A DNA stretch of 32,000 nucleotides, taken from positions 180,001 through 212,000 of the forward strand of contig NC_014972.1 in assembly GCF_000186885.1 (NCBI RefSeq), read 5' to 3'. The notes under the pieces were generated by a model. That model was not told the DNA's origin. It did no database searches and saw only the letters and a program-made list of their open reading frames with translations. The DNA comes from Desulfobulbus propionicus DSM 2032 (lineage in GTDB: Bacteria; Desulfobacterota; Desulfobulbia; Desulfobulbales; Desulfobulbaceae). Of the stretch, positions 25,084-31,926 are shown one piece after another. The stretch's first letter is position 1, and each line of letters starts with the position of its first letter. The position numbers were made by a program, and so were the translations under genes.

Positions 25084-25302
25084 TTACGCGTCGCCGACAA
25101 TGAAATCTGGATTGGTTGCCTTGATTGCAACCGTACAACATTTTTCCCCATCGATTTGTCTCCTTGTCTTCCAGGCTAGTTCCGTTTCAACCAATCGCTT
25201 TTCACATTCGGGACAAAGGCTGCCATCACCCTCATGGTCAACGATTCCAACAGTCGATAATCGTCCACACCCGGCACAGAGAATTTGTATGGTTCCTTTC
25301 AT
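25084..25302 (-). CDS. Small zinc-ribbon protein
   Basis: 72 aa, CAGCG...CPEC (CxxC-N19-CxxC). ATGA-coupled. Confidence 0.5.
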   Translation of the reverse strand: MKGTIQILCAGCGRLSTVGIVDHEGDGSLCPECEKRLVETELAWKTRRQIDGEKCCTVAIKATNPDFIVGDA

Positions 25303-26249
25303 GCTTCCCGGTGAACAATGCCCACCTGCCCCTGGAGAATCTTGAGGGCAAAGTCGGCCAGCTGATCGCGGATGAGGTCATGCTCAAAACTACTTTCCAT
25401 AACAAGCCCAGACGTTGGGACTTTTTCCCACCCTTCCAGATCCTCAAGGCGTTTCTCCAGTTCGGACACCCGATTGGCGAGGACCGTGCTTTCAGCAGTC
25501 AGCCGCTCAGCGTTTTGTAGGAGGGTGGTTTTTTCAGCCTCTAGGCCGGAAAACGTTTCCGTCACCATTTCTGGTACCAAGGCCACATCGCAGGCTCCGT
25601 CGAAACCGGAATCAAGGCTTTCGCCAATTTTCAGAAGAAATGACCAATATTGATCAGCCTCCTCGGCCCGTTTTTTCCTCAATTCTTGCTCTTCGATAAG
25701 CTGGCCGCTCAGCGTTTGAACCTCTGCAGCCAGTTCGTCGCATCGTCGCGCCAGTTCCTGCTTCTCTTCATCAACGGAACCCGCGGCTGGCAGGCAGTGC
25801 GGCAGCATCTTGCGCAAGGCCTTTTCCACCGCTTCCGGCCGGTTGGCCATGGCGCCAAAGAGGTTGCCACAACTGGTACAAACGAGATCGCCATGCAATC
25901 TGGTGAGGGTCATGTTTTCGCGTCCGCAGTTTTCGCATGTTCCGTCGTGTTTTTTTCCGCCCATTTCCAGCTCCCTTTTGCATTGTGCCGAGCCACGCTC
26001 GGTCTTCAAAATTTCCAGGTCCACCACCTGTAGCTCAGGTGGCCTTTCTTTCCCCAGGCATTGCAGACAACGGCTCAGCCGGACCGCCGCCAGGGGTAAT
26101 CCATCGCTGTTTTTCACCGCCTCATGGGCCTGTGCCAGTGCTTCCGCACAGGCCTGGGCGAAGCCGTGCTCCGTCATCCGCACCGGCAGCCCCCTTGTGA
26201 CCGGGCAGACGGCCCGCACTTCAATGTCGTTACGCACCGCCTCAGACAT
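25299..26249 (-). CDS. Zinc-ribbon plus coiled-coil protein, unknown function
   Basis: 316 aa. CENCG...CTSCG ribbon, then long heptad regions (EEKQELARRCDELAAEVQTLSGQLIEEQELRKKRAEE). Overlaps its neighbours by 8 and 4 nt. Confidence 0.55.
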   Translation of the reverse strand: MSEAVRNDIEVRAVCPVTRGLPVRMTEHGFAQACAEALAQAHEAVKNSDGLPLAAVRLSRCLQCLGKERPPELQVVDLEILKTERGSAQCKRELEMGGKKHDGTCENCGRENMTLTRLHGDLVCTSCGNLFGAMANRPEAVEKALRKMLPHCLPAAGSVDEEKQELARRCDELAAEVQTLSGQLIEEQELRKKRAEEADQYWSFLLKIGESLDSGFDGACDVALVPEMVTETFSGLEAEKTTLLQNAERLTAESTVLANRVSELEKRLEDLEGWEKVPTSGLVMESSFEHDLIRDQLADFALKILQGQVGIVHREA

Positions 26250-26454
26250 ACACCGGCCCCATGCCGACCTCGATAAACGCTTCGTTGAGCACCGCCATCG
26301 GTGAGCGGTGCGTCATGTGCCATCCGCCGCAGGCGGGACATTGATAGGGTTTGACCCGCACGCCCTTGCGGTTGAGTTCGATGGCCCGGCGGGTTGCCGC
26401 TTCCCGGCTGGCGTATCGTTTCTTGTCCCGGCAGGATTTCTTGATTTTCGTCAT
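26242..26454 (-). CDS. Small zinc-ribbon protein
   Basis: 70 aa. MTKIKKSCRDKKRYASREAATRRAIELNRKGVRVKPYQCPACGGWHMTHR. Starts 1 nt after the primase stop. The remainder of the 242-aa track ORF overlaps the primase and is rejected. Confidence 0.5.
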   Translation of the reverse strand: MTKIKKSCRDKKRYASREAATRRAIELNRKGVRVKPYQCPACGGWHMTHRSPMAVLNEAFIEVGMGPVYV

Positions 26455-26455
26455 G

Positions 26456-27898
26456 TTACGCCGCATCGGTGACCTCGCTTTGCAGTTGTATAAGCGCGTC
26501 AGCGCCAATGTATCGACCGCGCGGGAGCCGCTCCAGGAAATCGGCCACCGCACCGCCGCCGTACATGATCCGGGTGATTTGCCCACGCCGCATAAACGCA
26601 TCCAGGGTGTCCGCATCGCGCCGGAACCGAACCACCAGCTCACCATGGGGAGCGCGCCCGTACCACACCGCACCGGATTCAGTGCGCAGCAGTTCGGCAA
26701 AGGCCTCGATATCGTCCAGGGGCAGCGCTGAAGAGGGGAAGAAATCTCCACCCCCATTCCCCGGCGAGCGCTGCTCAGGGGACAAGGAGCGGTCCTGGCA
26801 AATGGGCGGGGGGCAGGCCACCACTGGCGGCAGGCCGGATTCCACCCACTGGCGCAGGTCGCCGCCATGGTCGCGGACAAAATCCCCCGGGTCCTTGCCG
26901 GCCGGCATCGGCCAGAACCGCGCTTGGCGGAAACTCCGGCGCCACCGCTTGACCGCGGCCGGGCCGGCACCCAGCTTGCCGTCCCTGGCCGGATCCGCGT
27001 CCAGGGCCACCAGGATCACGGGGCACTCTTCCAGCTCGGCCCGCAGGCCGGCATCAATCCCGCCGGCCACCGTGCCCAGGGCCACCACCAGCACCTCCCC
27101 GTGGGCAGCGGCCACGGCCATGGCATCCAGTTCGGCCTCGACGATCACCGCCCCGCGAATCGAACCGGAAGGCCGCAACACCATGGGCAGGTTGCCGCTG
27201 CCCTTGATCCACACATACTTGCGGTCGGACAAAAACTTCTCCCGCGCCGCCGGCGTCCTCCGGATCCGCAACCGATGCAGTTCGCCATGGCCATCAAAAA
27301 TCGGAATCACCAGCCCGCCGGGCACCCACAACCGTTCCTTGCCTTCCTCGAGCGGCAAGCCCAGCTCGCGTCGATCCACCCGCAGGTCATGCGCCAGCCA
27401 CCCCAGTTGGTATTGATCGACCTGGGCGGTGCCGATGCCACGGCTCTCCAGCCAGCGGATCTCCTCCGGTTCCCTGGTCAAGGCCTGCCGGGCCTTCTCC
27501 ACCAGCTTCCCGGCCCAGGCGCTCCATGCGCTCCCCGGATGGGCGGCGGTCAGCTCGGCAAGGCCGTCCGGCCTGCCACCAACCTGCGGTCGCACCGACC
27601 GGGGCCGTCGTTTCACCGGTTCGCCGTTGCGGCACGGGCCGTAGTTCGGGCAGGAAGGGGAACAATCCTTGCCCTCGGCATCGTGGGCCTCACGGCAGCT
27701 CATGCCATCCATCTCCCGCAGCCACTTGATGCGATCGCCCTTGAAGCCGCAGGCAAAGCAGCGAAATCCACCATCGGTAAACAGCACGAACTTGTCCGAG
27801 TCCTTTGAACCGCCGCACTTTGGGCACGGGCCGGTATGCCGGTTGCCGCTCTTGCGCAGGCCATGCTTGGCTGCTATTTCGTGATTGGCGCTATGCAT
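26456..27898 (-). CDS. DNA primase (zinc finger + TOPRIM) with an uncharacterised C-terminal domain
   Basis: About 480 aa from MHSANHEI. CPKCGG...CFACGFKGD zinc finger. TOPRIM-like VIVEAELDAM and VALDADPARDG. Confidence 0.8.
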   Translation of the reverse strand: MHSANHEIAAKHGLRKSGNRHTGPCPKCGGSKDSDKFVLFTDGGFRCFACGFKGDRIKWLREMDGMSCREAHDAEGKDCSPSCPNYGPCRNGEPVKRRPRSVRPQVGGRPDGLAELTAAHPGSAWSAWAGKLVEKARQALTREPEEIRWLESRGIGTAQVDQYQLGWLAHDLRVDRRELGLPLEEGKERLWVPGGLVIPIFDGHGELHRLRIRRTPAAREKFLSDRKYVWIKGSGNLPMVLRPSGSIRGAVIVEAELDAMAVAAAHGEVLVVALGTVAGGIDAGLRAELEECPVILVALDADPARDGKLGAGPAAVKRWRRSFRQARFWPMPAGKDPGDFVRDHGGDLRQWVESGLPPVVACPPPICQDRSLSPEQRSPGNGGGDFFPSSALPLDDIEAFAELLRTESGAVWYGRAPHGELVVRFRRDADTLDAFMRRGQITRIMYGGGAVADFLERLPRGRYIGADALIQLQSEVTDAA

Positions 27899-28238
27899 GA
27901 CGGTCCTCCAGCTGCGCGACAATCTTGGCGAGGCCATGGGCCATGTCGGTACGATGCCCGACCAGGTCTTTGAAGAGATTGAGGTGGTTGCAGAGGTGGT
28001 CCAGGATCGCCAGTATTCCGTCGACCGCGAGCAATCGGCATTCCCTGTCGCTGAGGCTTCGCTGCGCCTGAGGCAGTTGTTCCCTGGCCATGGCTACCAA
28101 CTGTTGCACCATAGGGCTGGGGTGGCGCCGCGAATCGGTATTTGCAGCAAAAGAGGCGAAAGAGTGGGCAACGGCGGTCTTTCTGCCGCCGGGTACGAGG
28201 GTGAGGTGCATATTCTGATGCAAGACCGACCGTTCCAT
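27891..28238 (-). CDS. Conserved small protein (MHLTL..GGR family), copy 2
   Basis: 115 aa from the TGATG-coupled ATG at 28238 (or 106 aa from MHLTLVPGGRK at 28211). Paralog of 22082..22399. Overlaps the primase start by 8 nt. Confidence 0.6.
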   Translation of the reverse strand: MERSVLHQNMHLTLVPGGRKTAVAHSFASFAANTDSRRHPSPMVQQLVAMAREQLPQAQRSLSDRECRLLAVDGILAILDHLCNHLNLFKDLVGHRTDMAHGLAKIVAQLEDRHA

Positions 28239-29029
28239 CACGCCACCTCCCGCACCGTCAGACCAAACACCTGGATACGGCCGCCGACCTTGGCCAGGGT
28301 GTAGCCGAGGTCGCGCAGCCTTGCGGCCAGCTCCCGGCTGGTGGCGATATTGACTTGGTTGAGGCCGTGGTCCAGGCACCATTGCCGGTACGCCCGGTGC
28401 ATTTCGGCCAGGGTCAGGCGGGGTGCCGGGTCCGGCACGGCCCGGGTGCAATCGTTGAGGAATCCGTCCAGCGAGGTTTCGACCTCCCGGCCGGGGGTGA
28501 TATGAAGGGCGTCCTCCACCAGATCGTCCATCTCGATGCCGGTCAGCCGTTGCAGCAGGGTGAGCGAGGTCCTGGTGGGCCGGGTGAGGATCTTGGTCAG
28601 GTCCAGGGTGTAGCGGATGTCGAGACCGGAGTCGGACACCGGGCCACGGTGGTGGAAGATGTCGGCGCGCTTGCCCTGGTTGGGCAGGGCGTAGCCGCCG
28701 GTCTTGCGGATCGAGGGGAGTACCTCGGCGGTGACCCATTTACGGAAGGGTTTGGCCTGGGGTTTGTTGGAACGGATGATCAGGGTGTAGAGGCCGGATT
28801 CGGAGATGATGAGCATGTTGCGCGTCTGACCTGCTCCGGCTATTTGCCGGACCAGCTTCTCATCATCATCGAGAAATTGGGTCGCGTCACTTGCGTCGGC
28901 ATACTCCAATACATCGCAAACATCCCTGGCGACAAACCAGGGATCGCCATCAATGGTCAGGGCACGAATTTCGTTGGACTCGAACTGGAAGGGGATTACT
29001 GCGGATGGACTACTGGCGGGACTGCTCAT
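28238..29029 (-). CDS. Bro-N domain protein (antirepressor-like), copy 2
   Basis: 263 aa from the ATG at 29029 (GGAGG RBS). IPFQFESNEIRALTIDGDPWFVARDVCDVLEY (Bro-N). Central IFHHRGPVSDSGLDIRYTLDLTK and C-terminal YRQWCLDHG...LRDLGYTLAKVGG are shared with copy 1. Confidence 0.75.
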   Translation of the reverse strand: MSSPASSPSAVIPFQFESNEIRALTIDGDPWFVARDVCDVLEYADASDATQFLDDDEKLVRQIAGAGQTRNMLIISESGLYTLIIRSNKPQAKPFRKWVTAEVLPSIRKTGGYALPNQGKRADIFHHRGPVSDSGLDIRYTLDLTKILTRPTRTSLTLLQRLTGIEMDDLVEDALHITPGREVETSLDGFLNDCTRAVPDPAPRLTLAEMHRAYRQWCLDHGLNQVNIATSRELAARLRDLGYTLAKVGGRIQVFGLTVREVA

Positions 29030-29320
29030 GGCGTTACCTCCGTACAAAAAGGATTTTGACGCCCATTTCCGCTGTCAAACGGAAAAAGGGCGAACACTGT
29101 GCGGGTTGACAGACCGGTGTACGGACCGGCAGGGGTTGCCCCCTCCCACACAGCGCCGCCCAAACAAGAGAGCTTCGCCATGGTGTGGACGCAAAAAAAC
29201 CGCCGAATATGAGACTGGTGGCGGTGCGTCCGCCGTACAATCAGGCTGTCAAACCCGAGCCGCTGGATTTTGCCAGCGACGCCGTTATAATAGCCTGAAA
29301 AGATTTTTTTTGTCAACGAT
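29030..29320 (-). promoter_or_regulatory. Structured leader, copy 2 (sigma70-like promoter, hairpins with 8-nt loop UUUGACAG, GGCGG/CCGCC alternative pairing, U7 terminator-like element)
   Basis: Minus strand: TTGACA (29316-29311)-N18-TATTAT (29292-29287); CGGG-UUUGACAG-CCUG (29242-29257); GGCGG-ACGCA-CCGCC (29220-29234); GGCGG-U7 (29193-29204); CUGUCAAC (29105-29112); hairpin CGCCC/UUUCCG-UUUGACAG-CGGAAA/GGGCG (29060-29092). Confidence 0.6.
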
Positions 29321-29332
29321 ACAAAATAAAGG

Positions 29333-29794
29333 ATGGTAATAATCATGGGATACAGGGAGCTTACCGAAGTGGAATTCGACAGGATCGGAAAAACGGTCAG
29401 GACTATAACTGAAGCAAAGAAGTGGTTTGTATCGTACTTGGTTGAAAACAGGATATGCTCAGAAGAAACGGCTAAAAATAGTGCCGATGAAATACCGTAT
29501 GATTTTGAGACTGAAATTGAAAATTTAAGATTTGAAATTGATGAAGAGAAGGAAAGTTTAAGAGAAGCAAAGGCTGATTTGGCAGAAGCAAAGAGGTTGT
29601 TGAAAAAATGCAAAACAAACAAGGATAAGGAGGACGCTGCTCTTGATGTAAAAGATGCAGAAGAGGATATTGAAGAAATAAAAAAGCAAATAAGTGCGAT
29701 AAAAAGCGATATAGCAAGTCTGAAAGCTGACAAAAAGTACTTCTTGATATCATTTACGAACAGACACATTTCATACATAGAAAGAAAAAAATGA
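29333..29794 (+). CDS. Charged coiled-coil protein, AT-rich accessory gene
   Basis: 153 aa (or 149 aa from the ATG at 29345). EIENLRFEIDEEKESLREAKADLAEAKRLLKK...EEDIEEIKKQISAIKSDIASLKADKK. Transcribed divergently from the leader-2 promoter. Confidence 0.55.
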   Translation: MVIIMGYRELTEVEFDRIGKTVRTITEAKKWFVSYLVENRICSEETAKNSADEIPYDFETEIENLRFEIDEEKESLREAKADLAEAKRLLKKCKTNKDKEDAALDVKDAEEDIEEIKKQISAIKSDIASLKADKKYFLISFTNRHISYIERKK

Positions 29795-29952
29795 CTAAAA
29801 ATTTCAGCGGTGTACTCGGTGATCCAGCTGGCGGTTTGCAAGCACTTTTTCTTGTTGATCCAGGCAACCGGTTGAATCTCCGACGCGATTGCGGTACCGT
29901 GGTGACGCCAATCAACCAACAGCGACCAACCATCACGCCGGAGGTGTACCGT

Positions 29953-30369
29953 ATGTCCATAAATCCACTGAAACTTCTTGAAGATTTGATCAACGAGCAT
30001 GGCAGCAGCTCAATCCTTAGAGAGCGGTTGCTTCTTGTTAAAGATGAACTTGGCAAGGTCGAAAAAGAACGTGCTGATTTGCAGCGACAACTCGCCGAGG
30101 CGATGGAAAAACTTCGCTATCTTCGCGAAGAAGTGAAGAAAAAAAGTGTTCCCGAGAACTTTACCGAATATCGCGGGGCACTGTTCAAACGAGACGTGTC
30201 GGGTCGGCACGCCCCACTTGCCCATTGCCCCGAGTGTAAGCGGCCACTTGTGAACACAGACCCGTGCGTGTTTCCGTATAATTGCACCACACCTGGATGC
30301 CGATACGAGGTAACCATCAAGGAAGATCTTGAGCTTATTGCGCAAAGGCTTGATCATATAGCCTCCTGA
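29953..30369 (+). CDS. Coiled-coil plus C-terminal 4-Cys zinc-ribbon protein, accessory gene
   Basis: 138 aa from MSINPLKLL (GGAGG 8 nt upstream). CPECKRP...CTTPGC. The frame is also open from an ATGA-coupled ATG at 29791, through a GC-richer 150-bp patch. Confidence 0.5.
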   Translation: MSINPLKLLEDLINEHGSSSILRERLLLVKDELGKVEKERADLQRQLAEAMEKLRYLREEVKKKSVPENFTEYRGALFKRDVSGRHAPLAHCPECKRPLVNTDPCVFPYNCTTPGCRYEVTIKEDLELIAQRLDHIAS

Positions 30370-30457
30370 GAAACTGGTTCTGTTGTCCGCACGGTCATCG
30401 CGAGTGGTTTTTGCATGGTTTTTCTCCGTTGATTCTCCCATGTGCCCGCAGTAGCAT

Positions 30458-30820
30458 GTGAAGCACCACCAACAACACGCCAACCAACAGGCACACAGGA
30501 GAAAAGCATGGGGGAAGGAAGAACTCGATTTGTTGCACAAAATCGTCGACATGTACTCACGGCTTCATCCAATCGGGAACAAAGCCGCCCGCGATATGGC
30601 CCTGCAGCCGGTCAAGAGCGAGTTGCGCTATCTTCGGCAGCGGGTCGCCCTCGACCGCTCCGATATGTTTCAGTACATCGACGAGTTGGAGAGCAGTTTC
30701 AGCGGAGCACTCGCCACCAGGCCAACCCTCGGCCACAGCCCGCAGCAACACCAATTGCGGGCAAACAACGCCGTCCGGGTGCTGGAACGCAATCTCGGCA
30801 AATTCGATTATTCGGGATAA
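30458..30820 (+). CDS. Possible 120-aa ORF (GTG start); its 5' part is supported by codon-phase conservation and the rest is antisense to 30557..31039
   Basis: WGKEELDLLHKIVDMYSRLHPIGN is conserved with a truncated copy at 24025-24105, mostly through synonymous third-position changes. Downstream it sits in the pos2-pos2 shadow frame of the minus ORF. Confidence 0.35.
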   Translation: MKHHQQHANQQAHRRKAWGKEELDLLHKIVDMYSRLHPIGNKAARDMALQPVKSELRYLRQRVALDRSDMFQYIDELESSFSGALATRPTLGHSPQQHQLRANNAVRVLERNLGKFDYSG

Positions 30821-31039
30821 ACGTTGGTAGTAGGGCGTAGTTCGGTAATCCACCACTTTCCCATGTTGGTCTGGGAAGAATCGGACCACGTTTTTTCTCT
30901 GGTAATCGATGATGCTTTTCAACCGCCAACTTGCCCAGGCCAGGGAATCGGCTACACTGCACCGGCAGGGGTGAAATTCTTTGAGGTAGCCTTTACAGGA
31001 AAATGTTGATAACCCGGCTCGATCCATCATTTGTTCCAT
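30557..31039 (-). CDS. Hypothetical 160-aa protein
   Basis: Uninterrupted ORF with AGAGGGA 8 nt before the fourth codon (ATG). No family recognised. Overlaps plus ORF 30458..30820 in the complementary codon register, so one of the two is probably a shadow. Confidence 0.45.
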   Translation of the reverse strand: MEQMMDRAGLSTFSCKGYLKEFHPCRCSVADSLAWASWRLKSIIDYQRKNVVRFFPDQHGKVVDYRTTPYYQRLSRIIEFAEIAFQHPDGVVCPQLVLLRAVAEGWPGGECSAETALQLVDVLKHIGAVEGDPLPKIAQLALDRLQGHIAGGFVPDWMKP

Positions 31040-31104
31040 CCCCTCTTGCTTGCGTGTTTCATTGGCTCCAGCCGATCCAGCAGGTGGATCACACGTTCTT
31101 TTTC

Positions 31105-31133
31105 TTGATAAAGCTAATAAACGTTACTACATT
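31105..31133 (+). promoter_or_regulatory. Promoter-like element placed for a leaderless brnT mRNA
   Basis: TTGATA (31105-31110)-N17-TACATT (31128-31133). The brnT ATG begins 7 nt after the -10 and there is no SD. Confidence 0.4.
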
Positions 31134-31139
31134 AAATGC

Positions 31140-31412
31140 ATGGACATTGAATTCGACCAGGACAAACGCGACATCACCTTGCGTGAGCGCGGACTCGATT
31201 TTGCCGATGCCGCCGAGGTGTTTGCCGGCGTCTCTGTCACCATCCCGGACATCCGGCGCGATTATGGCGAACAGCGCAACGCGACCGTTGGCATGCTTGG
31301 TGAGCGGGTTGTGGTCCTGGTCTGGACACCACGCGGTGATAAACGCCGCATTATCTCCATGAGGTATGCCAATGAGCGCGAAAGGAAAAAATTCGCCGGA
31401 CGCCTGGGTTGA
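31140..31412 (+). CDS. brnT: BrnT-family (DUF497) ribonuclease toxin
   Basis: 90 aa. MDIEFDQDKRDITLRERGLDFADAAEVF...RRDYGEQRNATVGMLGERVVVLVWTPRGDKRRIISMRYANERERK matches the BrnT pattern. Overlaps the antitoxin gene. Confidence 0.8.
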   Translation: MDIEFDQDKRDITLRERGLDFADAAEVFAGVSVTIPDIRRDYGEQRNATVGMLGERVVVLVWTPRGDKRRIISMRYANERERKKFAGRLG

Positions 31413-31674
31413 TCCCGACGACGCCCCTGAACTGACCGAGGAAGATTTCGCACGCGGCCAGTGGATGATTGGCGAACGGGTTGTTTCCAAGGACGAAGCC
31501 CGCCATGAGATCAAGAAATTGTCGCGGGGTCGCCCGCCTGGCAGTGGTAGCAAGCGGTCGACCACCGTCCGTTTCGACACCGACGTGCTCGACGCCTTCA
31601 AGGCCACCGGGCGCGGCTGGCAAACGCGCATGAACGATGCCCTACGCGACTGGCTCAAGGAGCATCGGCCCTGA
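31366..31674 (+). CDS. brnA: BrnA-family antitoxin (RHH/CopG-like C-terminus)
   Basis: 102 aa. DPDDAPELTEEDFARG...GRPPGSGSKRSTTVRFDTDVLDAFKATGRGWQTRMNDALRDWLKEH is the typical BrnA signature. Confidence 0.8.
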   Translation: MPMSAKGKNSPDAWVDPDDAPELTEEDFARGQWMIGERVVSKDEARHEIKKLSRGRPPGSGSKRSTTVRFDTDVLDAFKATGRGWQTRMNDALRDWLKEHRP

Positions 31675-31677
31675 TTC

Positions 31678-31797
31678 ATGGCTGGACTGATTCCCAACGA
31701 GGTGGTCGGAGCCGTCATCGAGGGCGGGAAAACCCCTAAAGCCACGCGCGAAAAATTAGCGCGAGCCATGGGTATCACCGAACCGATGCTGCATTGA
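31678..31797 (+). CDS. 39-aa ORF with a partial HTH-like segment (possible gene remnant)
   Basis: ATG 4 nt after the brnA stop. MAGLIPNEVVGAVIEGGKTPKATREKLARAMGITEPMLH. Too short for a full HTH domain. Confidence 0.2.
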   Translation: MAGLIPNEVVGAVIEGGKTPKATREKLARAMGITEPMLH

Positions 31798-31889
31798 TTG
31801 ATACCCCCATGGTCCTGAGAACCATCCCTTTTGATGTTGTCGACCACCTGAATTCGGGTTTTTTGTTGGGTTTTACCGTTCATCTGCTT

Positions 31890-31926
31890 TCGTCCTGCTC
31901 GTCCTGGTTCGTCTTTTTTCGTCCTG
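31890..31926. repeat. Four phased copies of TCGTCCTG (one degenerate) at 9-10 bp spacing
   Basis: TCGTCCTG at 31890, 31899 and 31919; TCGTCTTT at 31909. Followed by an AT-rich stretch with TAGGATGA at 31951 and 31975. Confidence 0.7.

Noticed and set aside
26456-26970. 242-aa minus-strand track ORF 26242..26970
   Set aside because: Everything upstream of 26454 overlaps the primase gene in another frame and is Arg/Pro/Gly-rich. Only the last 70 codons (26242..26454), which start 1 nt after the primase stop, look genuine.
28239-28739. 282-aa minus-strand track ORF 27891..28739
   Set aside because: The N-terminal ~165 aa are Pro/Arg/Gly-rich and overlap the Bro-N gene. Only the C-terminal part, homologous to ORF 22082..22399, is retained (27891..28238).
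29026-30000. 324-aa minus-strand ORF spanning leader 2 and the AT-rich cassette
   Set aside because: It is low-complexity (Ser/Phe/Ile/Leu runs) and antisense to two plus-strand ORFs that have RBSs. It would also have to run through the leader and promoter region.
31089-31883. 264-aa minus-strand ORF opposite brnT/brnA
   Set aside because: It is antisense to a confidently recognised TA pair (in shadow register with brnT) and its sequence has no recognisable features.
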